A DNA stretch of 32,000 bases, taken from assembly GCF_001272835.1 (NCBI RefSeq), contig NZ_CP010546.1, forward strand, positions 182,809 through 214,808. The letters are read 5' to 3'. Below, piece by piece: positions 21,296 through 32,000 of this stretch. Source of the DNA: Mycoplasmoides pneumoniae FH (lineage in GTDB: Bacteria; Bacillota_I; Bacilli_A; Mycoplasmatales; Mycoplasmoidaceae). Each line of letters begins with the position of its first letter. The first letter of the stretch is position 1. The notes beneath the pieces were generated by a model. The model was given only the letters and a program-made list of their open reading frames with translations. It did no database searches and was not told where the DNA came from. Position numbers and translations under genes: made by a program.

Positions 21296-22918
21296 ATGAA
21301 CAATCAATCAAATCACTTTACCAATCCTTTGTTACAACTGATTAAGAACGTTGCCGAGACCAAGAATTTAGCCATCGATGATGTTGTTTTGTGTCTTAAA
21401 ACAGCATTAGAACAAACATACAAGAAGCATTTGAACTATGTCAATGTGGAAGTCAACATTGACTTTAACAAGGGCTTAATGCAAATTGAACAGCTCTTCG
21501 ATGTTGTAGATGATAACAATGAGGATTATGATGACTTTTTGGAAATGCCTTTAAGTGAGGCTAAGAAGCTCAATCCGAACCTAGAAGTTGGCGGGGTGTT
21601 GCGCAAACCGGTTTCACTCAAAGACATTAAGGGCGATCTCATTAGCAAAATGGTATTACTCTTCAACCAAAAGATTAACGAAACAGCTTTTAAAACGGTG
21701 ATGAGTGACTTCATTAATGAAGTCGGTCAGGTAATTGAAGCTAGAGTAGAGGACATTGATACGAACAAAGATGGTGGATTGAAGGGTTACATTGTTAACT
21801 TGGAAACCACCAAGGGTTACATGCCTAAACGTGAGTTGAGTAAGGGCGAAAAGCTAGATATTGGCAAGAAGTACCTCTTTGTGATTAAGGAAATCCAAAA
21901 GCAATCTTCGATGTGACCAATTACGCTTTCCAGGAGTGATTCGCGTTTACTGGAATTCTTGCTAAATTCCAACACTCCCGAAATTGCTAACGGTACGATC
22001 GAAATTAAAAAGATGGAACGCTCTCCTGGTACCAAGTCTAAGGTGGCCGTGATTTCCAAAGACCCAGTAGTTGATCCGATTGCGGCCATTTTGGGTCCCA
22101 AGGGCGAGCGCATTCGCGGCATTAGTGAAGAGTTTAACGGTGAGATCATTGATATTGTCATCTGAAATGAGGACAAGTTAAAGTTCTTGGTCAACGCTGT
22201 TTTACCGGCTGAAGTGGTCGGTTACAACATCCTTCAAGACGATGAGCGCGATACCAGCATTGAAATCGTGGTACCCGCCAACCAGATTGCCAACGTCTTT
22301 GGTTTTAAAGGAATTAACATTCGCTTAATTAGTAACCTAACGGGTTGGAGTAGTGTGGACGTTTACACCGAAAAAGATGCCGCTGAACAAGGGATTGAAT
22401 ACACCCGGGTCAACTTTCAACCCCAAGGTATTTTTGGCATCAAAAAGCGCCGCGACAAGATCTCCAACAATCCACGCAACAACAACCAACAGCTCGCATC
22501 TGATAAGGTGTTTTACACTTCGAAGGCCAATGTGGTTGATGATGAGATCATAGTCGATCTAGCAAAGCAAGCGGAAGCCAAACGGGTCAAGCAAATCAAG
22601 CAGGAAGCAACTAAACCCGAGTTGCAATTACAACAAGAACTTAACCTCGAAGCAACCCCTAAGGTAGCTGCTCCAACCCCAACCCCTGCACCCCAACCAA
22701 CTCCCGCACCAACTAAAGTTGAGCCAGTACCACCACCAGTAAGCGTTACACCTAAGCCAATCCCCAAGGTCAATAAGCCCAAGCCAGTGGTTAAACCAAA
22801 ATCAGTCTTTTCGATTACGGTTGAAGCGGATGACAGTAAGACTAAACCAGAAAAGTCAAGCGCTAAAACTAACACCCCACAAACGAAACAAACCTTTGAT
22901 AACTTTGACGATCTCTAG
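21296..22918 (+). CDS. nusA: Transcription termination/antitermination factor NusA with extended Pro/Lys-rich C-terminus
   Basis: ORF pieces 21296..21916, 21959..22165 and 22187..22918 share one frame through TGA=Trp. GPKGERIRGISEEFNGEIIDIV and VFGFKGINIRLISNLTGW KH-type motifs; first in the nusA-ylxR-infB-rbfA order. Confidence 0.96.
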
Positions 22919-22942
22919 TCGTTAATCTAACCATTTCACACT

Positions 22943-23212
22943 ATGCAAAGTTGGCGCCAATGTTTAGTTACCAGAAAGTCTTTTGCTAAGCCGCTACTTT
23001 TGCGTCTTGTAAAATTAGAGCATCAACTACGGGTGGATTTAGCGCAAACACTACCAGGTCGGGGGTATTATTTAAGTGTAGCTGCTTTAAAACTGGAGCG
23101 GAAAAACTTTAAAGCACTGTTACAAAAACGCTTAAAGGTAAGCTGTTCTGACGCAGAGCTAGATCACATTATTGCTTGTTTAAAGGAAAGGGAAAGCGAT
23201 GTCAAAGCATAA
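22943..23212 (+). CDS. ylxR: YlxR-family protein
   Basis: WRQCLVTRKSFAKPLLLRLV..., PGRGYYLS..., located between nusA and infB; overlaps infB by 14 bp. Confidence 0.85.
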   Translation: MQSWRQCLVTRKSFAKPLLLRLVKLEHQLRVDLAQTLPGRGYYLSVAALKLERKNFKALLQKRLKVSCSDAELDHIIACLKERESDVKA

Positions 23213-25052
23213 ACCACGTCATTTTCAAAAGAATAAGTTTGACAACCGGGCTAAAACGAGTGCCAAACAACAGTTTCGCCAGGTAAAAACCGGTGTTAAA
23301 GATGGTGTCTTTGTCTATAAGGGACCACTCACTGTTAGTGAGTTTTGTCTCAAAACCAATATTCCGACGGCCAACATCATCAAGCACTTCTTTTTAAATG
23401 GGGTTCCCTTAACCTTAAATTCGGTGTTATCGACCGAACAACTAGCTGACGCTTGTGTTAACTTTGGCTTTGACTTTAAGGTAGAAACCGAAATCACCCA
23501 CGACAACATTATCTCCAACATTAAGTTTGACGATGATCCCACCCAGTTAAGTCCAAGACCCCCGATCGTTACCATTATGGGTCACGTGGATCACGGGAAA
23601 ACATCCTTGTTAGACGCCATTCGCCAAACTAATACAGCAGCCAAAGAGTTTGGTGGCATTACCCAAAAGATTGGGGCGTACCAGGTCAAAAACCAGGAGG
23701 GCAAAACGATTACCTTCATTGATACCCCCGGTCATGAAGCCTTTACCGGCATGCGCGCCCGTGGTGCTCAAGTGACTGACATTGTTGTCTTAGTGGTAGC
23801 GGGTGATGATGGCTTAAAACAACAAACTGAGGAAGCGATTTCCCACGCCAAGAGTGCCAAAACCCCGATCATTGTCTTTATTAACAAGATGGATAAACCA
23901 ACCGCTAACCCCGACATGGTGATCCAACAGCTCAACAAGTTTGATTTAGTCCCTGAAGAATGGGGTGGTGATACCATCTTTGTCAAGGGCAGTGCCTTAA
24001 CCAAAGAGGGGATCCAGGAGCTCTTGGACAGTATTCTGTTAGTAGCGGAAGTGGAAGATTACAAGGCCAACTTTAACGCCCACTCATCGGGTTATGCGAT
24101 TGAGGTGCAAACCACCAAGGGGTTGGGTCCCACCGCTACCATTATTGTTAAACGTGGTACCCTAAAGATTGGTGACATCGTTGTCTTGGGTCCCGCTTGG
24201 GGTAAGGTTCGTACCATGCAAGACGAAAACGGAGTCCATCTCCAAGAAGCTATGCCCTCTAAACCAGTACAAATTTCGGGGTTTGACATTGTCCCAGTTG
24301 CTGGGGAAAAATTCATTGTCTTTGACGATGAAAAGGATGCGAAGTTAATTGCCAATAAGTTCCGCGAACAGCAAAAACAAAAGCTCAATACCACCCAAAT
24401 TAACGAGGTGCTCAAACAAAAGATTAAGAGCAAGGAAATTAAGGTTTTAAATCTGATTTTTAAGGTTGACAGTGATGGTAGTTTAGCGGCCATTAAACAA
24501 GCTATGCAGAGCATTGATGTGCCGGGGATGAGCGTCAACATTATCCACTCAGGTGTTGGTTTAATCTCGGAAAACGACATTATGTTAGCCAAGGCGTCCG
24601 GGGCATTACTGTTTAGCTTGAACCTCGGTTTAAGTCAAGTTGTTAAGAACATTGCTAGTCTTCAAGGAGTGAAGGTCGATGTCCACTACCACATCCCTAA
24701 GTTAGCGGAAGAGATCGAAAACATCTTAAAGGGCCAGTTAGAACCAGTGTACGAAGACGTGGAACTGGGGCGTGCTGAAGTGTTACAACTCTGGTACCAC
24801 TCCAAGGTGGGGCACATTGCTGGTACCTTAGTTAAAACAGGTAAGGTTAAACGGGGCGCCTTGTGTAAGCTGTTACGCCGTAACGAAACCATCTATGAAG
24901 GCCGGGTGGACTCATTGAAGAGTGAAAAGAACCCGGTCAACCAGATGGAAGCGGGGAAGAACTGCGGTATTGTTATTAATGGGTGTGAGGACATTCAGGT
25001 GTGCGACATTATCTTGGTGTACGAAAAGCAGGAGGTCAAGTCCAAAAGTTAA
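23199..25052 (+). CDS. infB: Translation initiation factor IF-2
   Basis: TIMGHVDHGKTSLLDAIR, FIDTPGHEAFTGMRARGAQVTDIVVLVVAGDDG, IFINKMDKP. Confidence 0.99.
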   Translation: MSKHKPRHFQKNKFDNRAKTSAKQQFRQVKTGVKDGVFVYKGPLTVSEFCLKTNIPTANIIKHFFLNGVPLTLNSVLSTEQLADACVNFGFDFKVETEITHDNIISNIKFDDDPTQLSPRPPIVTIMGHVDHGKTSLLDAIRQTNTAAKEFGGITQKIGAYQVKNQEGKTITFIDTPGHEAFTGMRARGAQVTDIVVLVVAGDDGLKQQTEEAISHAKSAKTPIIVFINKMDKPTANPDMVIQQLNKFDLVPEEWGGDTIFVKGSALTKEGIQELLDSILLVAEVEDYKANFNAHSSGYAIEVQTTKGLGPTATIIVKRGTLKIGDIVVLGPAWGKVRTMQDENGVHLQEAMPSKPVQISGFDIVPVAGEKFIVFDDEKDAKLIANKFREQQKQKLNTTQINEVLKQKIKSKEIKVLNLIFKVDSDGSLAAIKQAMQSIDVPGMSVNIIHSGVGLISENDIMLAKASGALLFSLNLGLSQVVKNIASLQGVKVDVHYHIPKLAEEIENILKGQLEPVYEDVELGRAEVLQLWYHSKVGHIAGTLVKTGKVKRGALCKLLRRNETIYEGRVDSLKSEKNPVNQMEAGKNCGIVINGCEDIQVCDIILVYEKQEVKSKS

Positions 25053-25054
25053 CG

Positions 25055-25405
25055 ATGGCTAGTTACAAAAAGGAACGTCTGGAAAACGACATTATTCGTT
25101 TAATTAACCGCACTGTTATTCACGAAATCTACAACGAAACGGTCAAAACCGGTCATGTAACCCACGTGAAACTATCGGATGATTTACTCCATGTAACAGT
25201 TTACCTAGACTGTTATAACCGTGAGCAAATTGACCGCGTGGTGGGTGCCTTTAACCAGGCCAAAGGGGTGTTTAGCCGCGTGTTAGCACACAATTTGTAC
25301 TTAGCCAAAGCCGTGCAAATCCATTTTGTCAAGGACAAAGCAATTGATAACGCAATGCGCATTGAGTCTATCATCAACTCCCTTAAAAAATCAAAGCCTA
25401 ATTAA
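25055..25405 (+). CDS. rbfA: Ribosome-binding factor A
   Basis: MASYKKERLENDIIRLINRTVIHEIYNETVKTGHVTHVKLSDDLLHVTVYLDCYNREQIDRVVGAFNQAKGVFSRVLA...; ATG 2 nt after the infB stop. Confidence 0.93.
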   Translation: MASYKKERLENDIIRLINRTVIHEIYNETVKTGHVTHVKLSDDLLHVTVYLDCYNREQIDRVVGAFNQAKGVFSRVLAHNLYLAKAVQIHFVKDKAIDNAMRIESIINSLKKSKPN

Positions 25406-25420
25406 AATTAATACTGTTTA

Positions 25421-26629
25421 ATGAAACCACCTAAAAAGCCAGTCAACCCACCGTTTGGTAAGCTAACTGATTCTAAAGCTGGAGTAGTCAAAGCTACCTC
25501 TAGTCAAGAGACCAAAAAAGTAGCTGACACCAAACCCAAAAATAAGGGTGGTTTGTTTAGCTTCTTTAAAAAAGACAAAACGGAAAAACCAGCTAAAGCA
25601 GCCAAACCCAAAGATGCCTTTAAGAGTGCGATAGCTGAATTGAATCCGAAAGCCAATCCTAAGACAGTCAAAGCGGATGTTGCACCGGCTAAAATTCCCC
25701 ACAGCGATAAGGGTACGGTTACCCCTGTAGAGTTAAAACCCCAAACGGAAGCACCGTTACCACCAGGAGTTAAACAACCTGATCCTAAAAAAGATAAACC
25801 TAAGGGCGGTTTATTTGGCTTCTTCAAAAAAGATAAGAACAAAGATGTCAAAAAGGAGCCTGCTAAGCCAGCTACTCCAGTAAAAACTGAACCAACCTCA
25901 CCTAAGGTAGAACCAACTAAGGTCAAACCACCGGGCGGTGTACCGACTAAGCCGGTAGTGGAAAAACCAGTGTCAGCTCAACCAACGGTACCATTACAAC
26001 CAGAACCTACTTTCCCAGTCAAAGCAGCACCACTACCACCAGGTGTAAAAGCAGAACCGGAAAGCAAAAAACGCTTTGGTTTGTTTAAGGCATTCCAGAA
26101 AGATGACGCTAAACAACCCAAGCAAAAGCTCAATCTCCAAGACCAACAGGATCGCTTTATTGATGACCCCACCGCCAAAAAGCACTTTAGCGCCTTTAAC
26201 CAAAAAGTTGGTAACTTACTGAAGGACAAAAAGACCCGTAACCGTGATTGGAAGATTGTGGGTTGAATCCACGGTTTAATCCTTCTGTTCTTCATTCCAC
26301 TGTTAGCAATCATGAATAAATTTGTGACCCTCCCAGCACAAAGCTATCCTGCTGTATCACTACAAGTATCGATTAACAATGCGTTGTGGGGGATTGCGAT
26401 CTTTGTGATAGCCAACATTGCTCTACCCTTCATTACGATGTTCGTGCTCTTCTTGACTGGGGTCAGAGATGTGCATGCTAGTCGGCCAGTGCACTATTTC
26501 ATCTGGGTGTTAATGTTGTTAAACCTTACCTTCTTAGTAATTAGTTGTTGTTTACTGGCTGCTGCTTATGCTAACTTAGACATTTACAACATCTGACGCA
26601 ACCTTCAGGCTTTAGACCCGAATAATTAG
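25421..26629 (+). CDS. Membrane protein with Pro/Lys-rich repetitive N-terminal region
   Basis: 25421..26266 and 26312..26596 share one frame through TGA (26264 and 26594), ending TAG 26627-26629. Repeated GLFxFFKKDK modules, then two hydrophobic segments. Confidence 0.75.
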
Positions 26630-26641
26630 GGCTTGAGTTCT

Positions 26642-27451
26642 ATGCAGCAAACCTTGATCATCGGTGCTTTTGATGGTTTACACAAGGGTCATCAATTGTT
26701 AGCACAAGCGGCTAGTGGTCCAGTGGTGGCCTTGTTAATTGCTAACATTCCCAGTCTACAAAGTGACTGGCTATACGAACCGAAGCAACGGCAAGTGCAG
26801 TTACAACAACACTTTCAGTCCGTGGTGCACAGCTATGATGTGATTGAACACAACATTAGTGCCCAAGCGTTTTTCGATCAAATCATTAGCCCACTACGGT
26901 GTCAGCAATTAGTCGTGGGTGCGGACTTTTGCTTTGGTAAAGACAACCAGAATGCTGATTTTTTAAGACGTTTATTTCCCAATACCACGATTATTCCCAA
27001 AGACAGTCAAACGCTGTCCAGTTCTACCATTCGCCAATGGTTAAAGCAGGGCCAGATAGAACAAGCCAACGCCGTGTTATTGGAACCCTACTTTAGGGAA
27101 GGGGTGGTTATTCGTGGTAACCAGCAAGCCCGGTTTTTGGGCTGACCAACCGCTAACATTACCTTAAAGCCGTACATGGTGCCGTTGCGCTGTGGGAGCT
27201 ATGTGATTACGGTGACTTACCACCAAACCAATTACCCGGGTGTAGGGTTTATCAGTTACAAAAACGACCAGTTAGTCTGTGAAACCCACTTAATTGGTTT
27301 TAGTGGTGATCTTTACGGTAAACAACTACGCTTTACCTTCAACCAGTTTATTCGCCCCCAGCAAAAGTTTAGTGGGGTGCAAGCGTTGCAAAAAGCGATT
27401 AGTGGTGATTTAAAGCAAGCGCAGAAGTGGTTTGCTCAATCAACAAATTAA
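26642..27451 (+). CDS. ribF: Riboflavin kinase / FAD synthetase-like protein
   Basis: MQQTLIIGAFDGLHKGHQLLAQAA nucleotidyltransferase motif, VVGADFCFGKDNQ, SSSTIRQWLKQGQIEQAN; C-terminal YPGVGFISYK. Continues through TGA at 27143-27145. Confidence 0.9.
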
Positions 27452-27476
27452 ATAAAATTTAAACCTAATTTAACTT

Positions 27477-28751
27477 ATGGAAAGTGCCCCCAGTGGTGGC
27501 CTGTTGGCCTTAATTATTATCAGTATTATCCTCCTGGCTTGTATTAGTGCCGTGGTTTCGGCTTACGAAACCGCCATTACCTCAATTACATCATACAAGT
27601 GGAGCAACTATGTCAAAACGCATAACAAGCAAAAGAAGTTAACGACCAAGATTGTTAACCACTTCCAAAAGAACTATTCGGCTTGTTTAATTACCATCTT
27701 AGTGGCCAATAACATTGTCGCCATTTTGGTTTCCAACATCCTCTTTTTGGCTTTAGATCAATCGATTAAGAATCCGGCCATTTCCAGTGCCTTGAACCTC
27801 TTAATTAGTGGGGTGTTATTGTTAATGCTGTGTGAAATTACTCCCAAAACCTTAGCACGGATTAACATCATCCGCGTCTTGGTCTACTTTGCGGTGGTAG
27901 TGTATTTTTTCTACATCCTTTTTTGACCAATTACCAAGTTAGCCAGCATTATCTTTGCCAAATACGAAAAGGCACCCCCAGTTTCCCGCCGTGATGTTTA
28001 CTTCTTTATTGATGAAATTGAGCAAAACGGGTTATTTACCAAAGAAGACGGGCAGCTAATTAAACGGACCCTAATCTTTGACCAGGTCTTAGTTGACCAA
28101 ATCATGATTAAGTGAAACCGGGTGGTGTACTGTTATGAAGGTGATCCAGTCAAGACCATTAAGGAAAAGTTCTTGCACGGCCAGTTTTCCAGAATGCCCG
28201 TACTCGACCAGACAAGCAATGAAGTGGTTGGTTTTATCCACCTCAAGGACTTGTTTAGTTCACTCGAAAAGAGCAACGAGCCGTTTGTTTTACAGGAGTT
28301 ATTGTATCCAGCTGTTTTAGTAAGTAACACCACACCCATCAAGCAAGCTTTGCGCCAAATGCGGTTACACCGGGCCCACTTAGCGGTCGTGCAGGACAAA
28401 CACCACCACACGATCGGGATTGTTTCTATGGAAGACATCATTGAGGAATTAGTCGGGGAAATTTACGATGAACATGATGAGGTGGAGGCAGTGCAAACGT
28501 TGGACAACAACACCTGGTTAGTGTTACCGAACGTAAAAGCCGCCTTTTTCTTTAACAAGTGGATTAAACGGGATTTAGTAAAATCAAAAAACATGACGAT
28601 CCAACGTTACTTGGCATCGTTTGAAAATGATGGGTTAAACACCCAGAATAAACTAGAAACGCCGTGGTTTATTGCTGAAGCAATTGTCGACAGCGAGAAC
28701 CCCGAGCAAATTCGGTACGAAATTCGCAAAAAGAGTGATGTTGTGGACTAG
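27477..28751 (+). CDS. CorC/HlyC-like membrane protein with CBS domains (MG146-type)
   Basis: N-terminal TM segments, DQILVDQIMIKW-like region, CBS-type FSRMPVLDQTSNEVVGFIHLKDLF and HLAVVQDKHHHTIGIVSMEDIIEELVGEIYDEHDE, C-terminal CorC-type domain. Continues through TGA. Confidence 0.88.
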
Positions 28752-29871
28752 AGCCTTAATCTTAGAGTTAAAAACCAATAAGCAAAGCCGCTTGTTGTGG
28801 TTACTTGCAATTCCCTTACTAATATCGTTAACCTTACTAACGTACGGTTTAGTGTTGTTTAGTTCCAGTGGTCGAATTGATCATGGTGATCACTTCCACT
28901 TACGTGAGCGCTTTGTGTTAACGACCGAAGAGTTAGTTACCTTTGTGGTAGCGAGTGTCGTGTTTGCGCTAACTGTTGCCTTGTTTGGGCTGGGTTGCTG
29001 GAAGTTGCTCCAAGGTCCAAAAGTGGATAGAACAAACATAAAGCTAGCAAACAGCAATCCTGCTCCCCAAGCCGTGGTATTGCAAGCTGATTGTGATCAC
29101 TTTCAGGTAGGGGATCACTGTGTGTTTAGCGCTGAAAAGCAACACTTTAAACAACAGTTCAAACAGGACTTTTTGGGTAAAAGTAAGTTTTCCTTTCGCA
29201 ATGAACTGTACCGTTTTTGTCTCATTGGTGTGTTAATTTCGCTGAATTTAGCGCTCAGTATGGTGGAAATCCCCGGCATTGTTCTACCGTGGGGCAGTTC
29301 AATCCAGTTCCGCTTTTTTAACACCGCCATCTTGTTTATTGCGATTCGCTTTGTTGGGTTACTCTCCACATCGTTAATTGCGATTATTACTCCATGGATT
29401 CACCTCCTCCTTCACCCCGTTCATACCCCGATTAGTACCGTTTTTTACATGGGCAATGACTTGGTAGTTCTGTGAATATTCTATTTCTTTTACTACCACA
29501 TCTTTAAGGCCGAAGTCAAACAAACCACTACGGTTGTCAATAACAAGGAGTTTAGTCAATTAGTCAACACCCACAAAACGAAGGTAGCCAAGGCCTTGGC
29601 GTTAATTCCAGTTAATTTAATCTGTGGTTTTATTGAGGGTTTGGGTTTCTATGTCGGTTACTTCTTGATTTTGGGTAAATTTGGTAGTGTAGGGCATAAG
29701 ATTTTCTATGACAGTCAAGCTAACCGTGACCTAATTAACAGTGCTAACGTGATCTATTTCTTACTCACTACTACCACCATTTTTAGCTTAAAGTACCTGT
29801 TTGAACTACTGTTCTTTTACAGTGTCGAGAAGGGTATACTTAACATTTCGCGCCACTTTGGTTTGTATTAA
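28738..29871 (+). CDS. Multi-pass membrane protein, MG147-type, hypothetical
   Basis: ATG 28738 (MLWTRALILELKTNKQSRLLWLLAIPLLISLTLL) overlapping the previous gene by 14 bp, through TGA 29473-29475 to TAA 29871; several hydrophobic segments. Confidence 0.75.
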
Positions 29872-30024
29872 AAGGTAAATAATTTAGCTTTTTGTTTAAT
29901 CAGCAATTTCCTTTATATATAAAAAAGGTAATACAACGATAGTATAGGGGTTCTAGGGGAGTTAATTTGCAGAAAACAGCTAAACCATTGTTTCACCTGG
30001 CAAACAATTTAAAGTTAATGCCAT

Positions 30025-31362
30025 ATGAGTGACGTCAAATACTTACAGGTCGAAATTGTCGATAAAAACACCATTCGCCTCCAGGAAGATGGCAAAAAGG
30101 GTCAACAAATTAGGTTAGATCAAATTATTAAGGTTGATCAAAGCAACATCTTAAACACTTTGGAGCAGGCACAACGCGAGGCATACGAAAGGGAGGCGCA
30201 AAGCCGTTACCAAACTAAGTTGGCCAAAGAACTGAGTGAAAAAGACAACACTTTTTTAAAGCAAGAAGCAGCTTGAAACCAAGCGCACAACACGCAAATC
30301 CAACAGTTATACCAACAAATTACTAACTTAGAAAATCAGGTTAACAACATCAAAAGGGAAACTGAAAGTAAAAAGGATAACGAATATCAACAACAAATAG
30401 TTAAGTTAGAAACGCAGCTCCAAAGCATTAAAAAGGAGACCGAAAGTCAAAAAGACTTGGAATACGAACGTAAAGCAAATAAAACTAAGGAAGAAAATCA
30501 ACAAGAATTAGAAAGACAACGCCAGTACTTTTTAGAACAGTTAGAACAAGCCCAAAAGGACATTGAAGAGCTCAAAACGCGTGAAGAGCGTTTTAGTAAG
30601 TGAGCAATTGCCAAAAAAGGGAAGGAATTGGAAAAGTGGTGTTGGGAAGCTTACAAAAATTACGAAGAGTTGTTCCAAAACTGTGTGTTTGCCCCTTACA
30701 GTGAGCTAGTTAAGGGTGCCAAAAAGAGCATAGGTGTAGAAGACGATGAGAGCAATATTAACGAAAAGGCTGACTTTATCTTTCAGGTATTTAATCCCAA
30801 TAATGACAAAGAACCCTTCTTTTCAATTTGCTGTGAAATGAAAACAGAGTTTACTGAAAGCAAGAGTCGCACTAAAAACGAAGATCATGTCAAAAAACTG
30901 ATTGCCGACGCTAAGCGCGCTAAGTGCCAATACGGTTTTTTAGTAAGTGAATTGGAACTCAACACTGAAAACGATGTCCAAGTGCAACGGATGCATACCT
31001 CGAACAGTGAAGTGGAGGTTTACCTAGTGCGCCCAATGTTCTTCATTGTGATGTTGCGGTTGTTTTACTTTTTGGCCAAAAAGATGTTTGCCCAAGTTGA
31101 TGTAAACAGCGAGTACTTAGATAAAGAAGCTTTAAATGCTAGCTTTAGCGATTTAAAGAAAAGCTTACTTGAAAAAACCTTTACTGATCTCAACAAGGTC
31201 TTTCAAAACAACATTGATGAACTAGAAAAGATTGAAGGATTAGTAACAAAGTTGAAAGCCGCTAATGAAAAGGCCTTAAATAGTCGTTTAAATAACTGGG
31301 AAGAAAAGATCCGTAAGTTTGAATTTAAGCTCAATAAAGACATTGTTAAAAAGCTTGAATAA
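30025..31362 (+). CDS. Coiled-coil protein with DUF2130-like C-terminal domain (MG148-type)
   Basis: 30025..30276 and 30628..31362 are in frame through TGA; long Q/E/K-rich coiled coil followed by KGKELEKWCWEAYKNYEELF...NINEKADFIFQVFNPNNDKEPFFSICCEMKTE. Confidence 0.7.
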
Positions 31363-31483
31363 GGTTCTTTTAAGTAGTCTTTTTAGGGTAGAAATTAGTT
31401 TCCAAAAACGGTTTTAAATTAGAGGCTTATTTTTAAAAATTCAAAATAAGCAAATATAATTAAACCGTCTTTTATCTGAATAT

Positions 31484-32000
31484 ATGAAACTAAATCTGCG
31501 ATTTCCTAGCTATTTTTTACCCGTCGTTGCCGCTAGTGCTTTCCTTGTTAGTTGCGCCACACCTAACACTTACGAAGTACAACGCGCTGCCTTGATTCAA
31601 CTAGTTGAAGAAGACGAACGACAAAACTACATTCAAAAGGGTAGTATAGGTGCAAATGCTGTTATGACTGCTGCAAAAGCAGAAACCAAAACAGCAGAAA
31701 AAACAGCAACTTCTACCAAAGCTGCTTCAATAGAACTTAAAAAAACTGATACTGATATTAAGACTACAACTACTACCGAAAACAAATCAGCATCCGGATA
31801 CAAACTAGATACCCTCTTTGGTGACTACATCTTGTGAGTAGTTGACCACCTTTCTGGTTTACTTTTCTCACCTAAGACTAATAACAGTACAACTACTCAA
31901 AAAATCCAACTCATTACCGAAGATAAGGTGATTTTAGACGGTGGTAACTTGACCGTGGAAAAAAATCATGAACATGGCCATACTCATAAAAATGGTGAAA
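31484..32000 (+). CDS. Lipoprotein, MG149-type, truncated by window end
   Basis: MKLNLRFPSYFLPVVAASAFLVSCATPN lipobox; through TGA 31835-31837 the frame stays open to the window end (...EKNHEHGHTHKNGE). Confidence 0.85.

Overview
The window is recognisable from its encoded proteins as a Mycoplasma pneumoniae-type chromosome segment (UGA = Trp, so most single genes are split in the ORF track). Left part: 3' end of the P1 adhesin gene, then the complete ORF6 (P40/P90) cytadherence gene and a small basic ORF. This is followed by a P1-derived RepMP2/3-like copy and an ORF6-derived RepMP5-like copy. Interleaved with these are DUF16/UPF0134 coiled-coil genes and large lipoprotein genes in a duplicated arrangement; one lipoprotein gene is split by TAA exactly where its paralog has TGA (Trp). 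Right part: a conserved core of a UPF1/DNA2-like helicase gene, nusA-ylxR-infB-rbfA, a Pro/Lys-rich membrane protein, ribF, a CBS-domain CorC/HlyC-like protein, a membrane protein, a DUF2130-like coiled-coil protein and the start of a lipoprotein. I see no CRISPR array, rRNA, tRNA, phage or wholly new defence system. The points most worth a second look are the mosaic ORF6 segment shared with its silent copy, the duplicated leader/DUF16/lipoprotein modules, apparent ATT starts in two DUF16-like genes, a covarying triloop hairpin in the leaders, possible SD-sequestering hairpins, and a 50-aa ORF overlapping a large inverted repeat.
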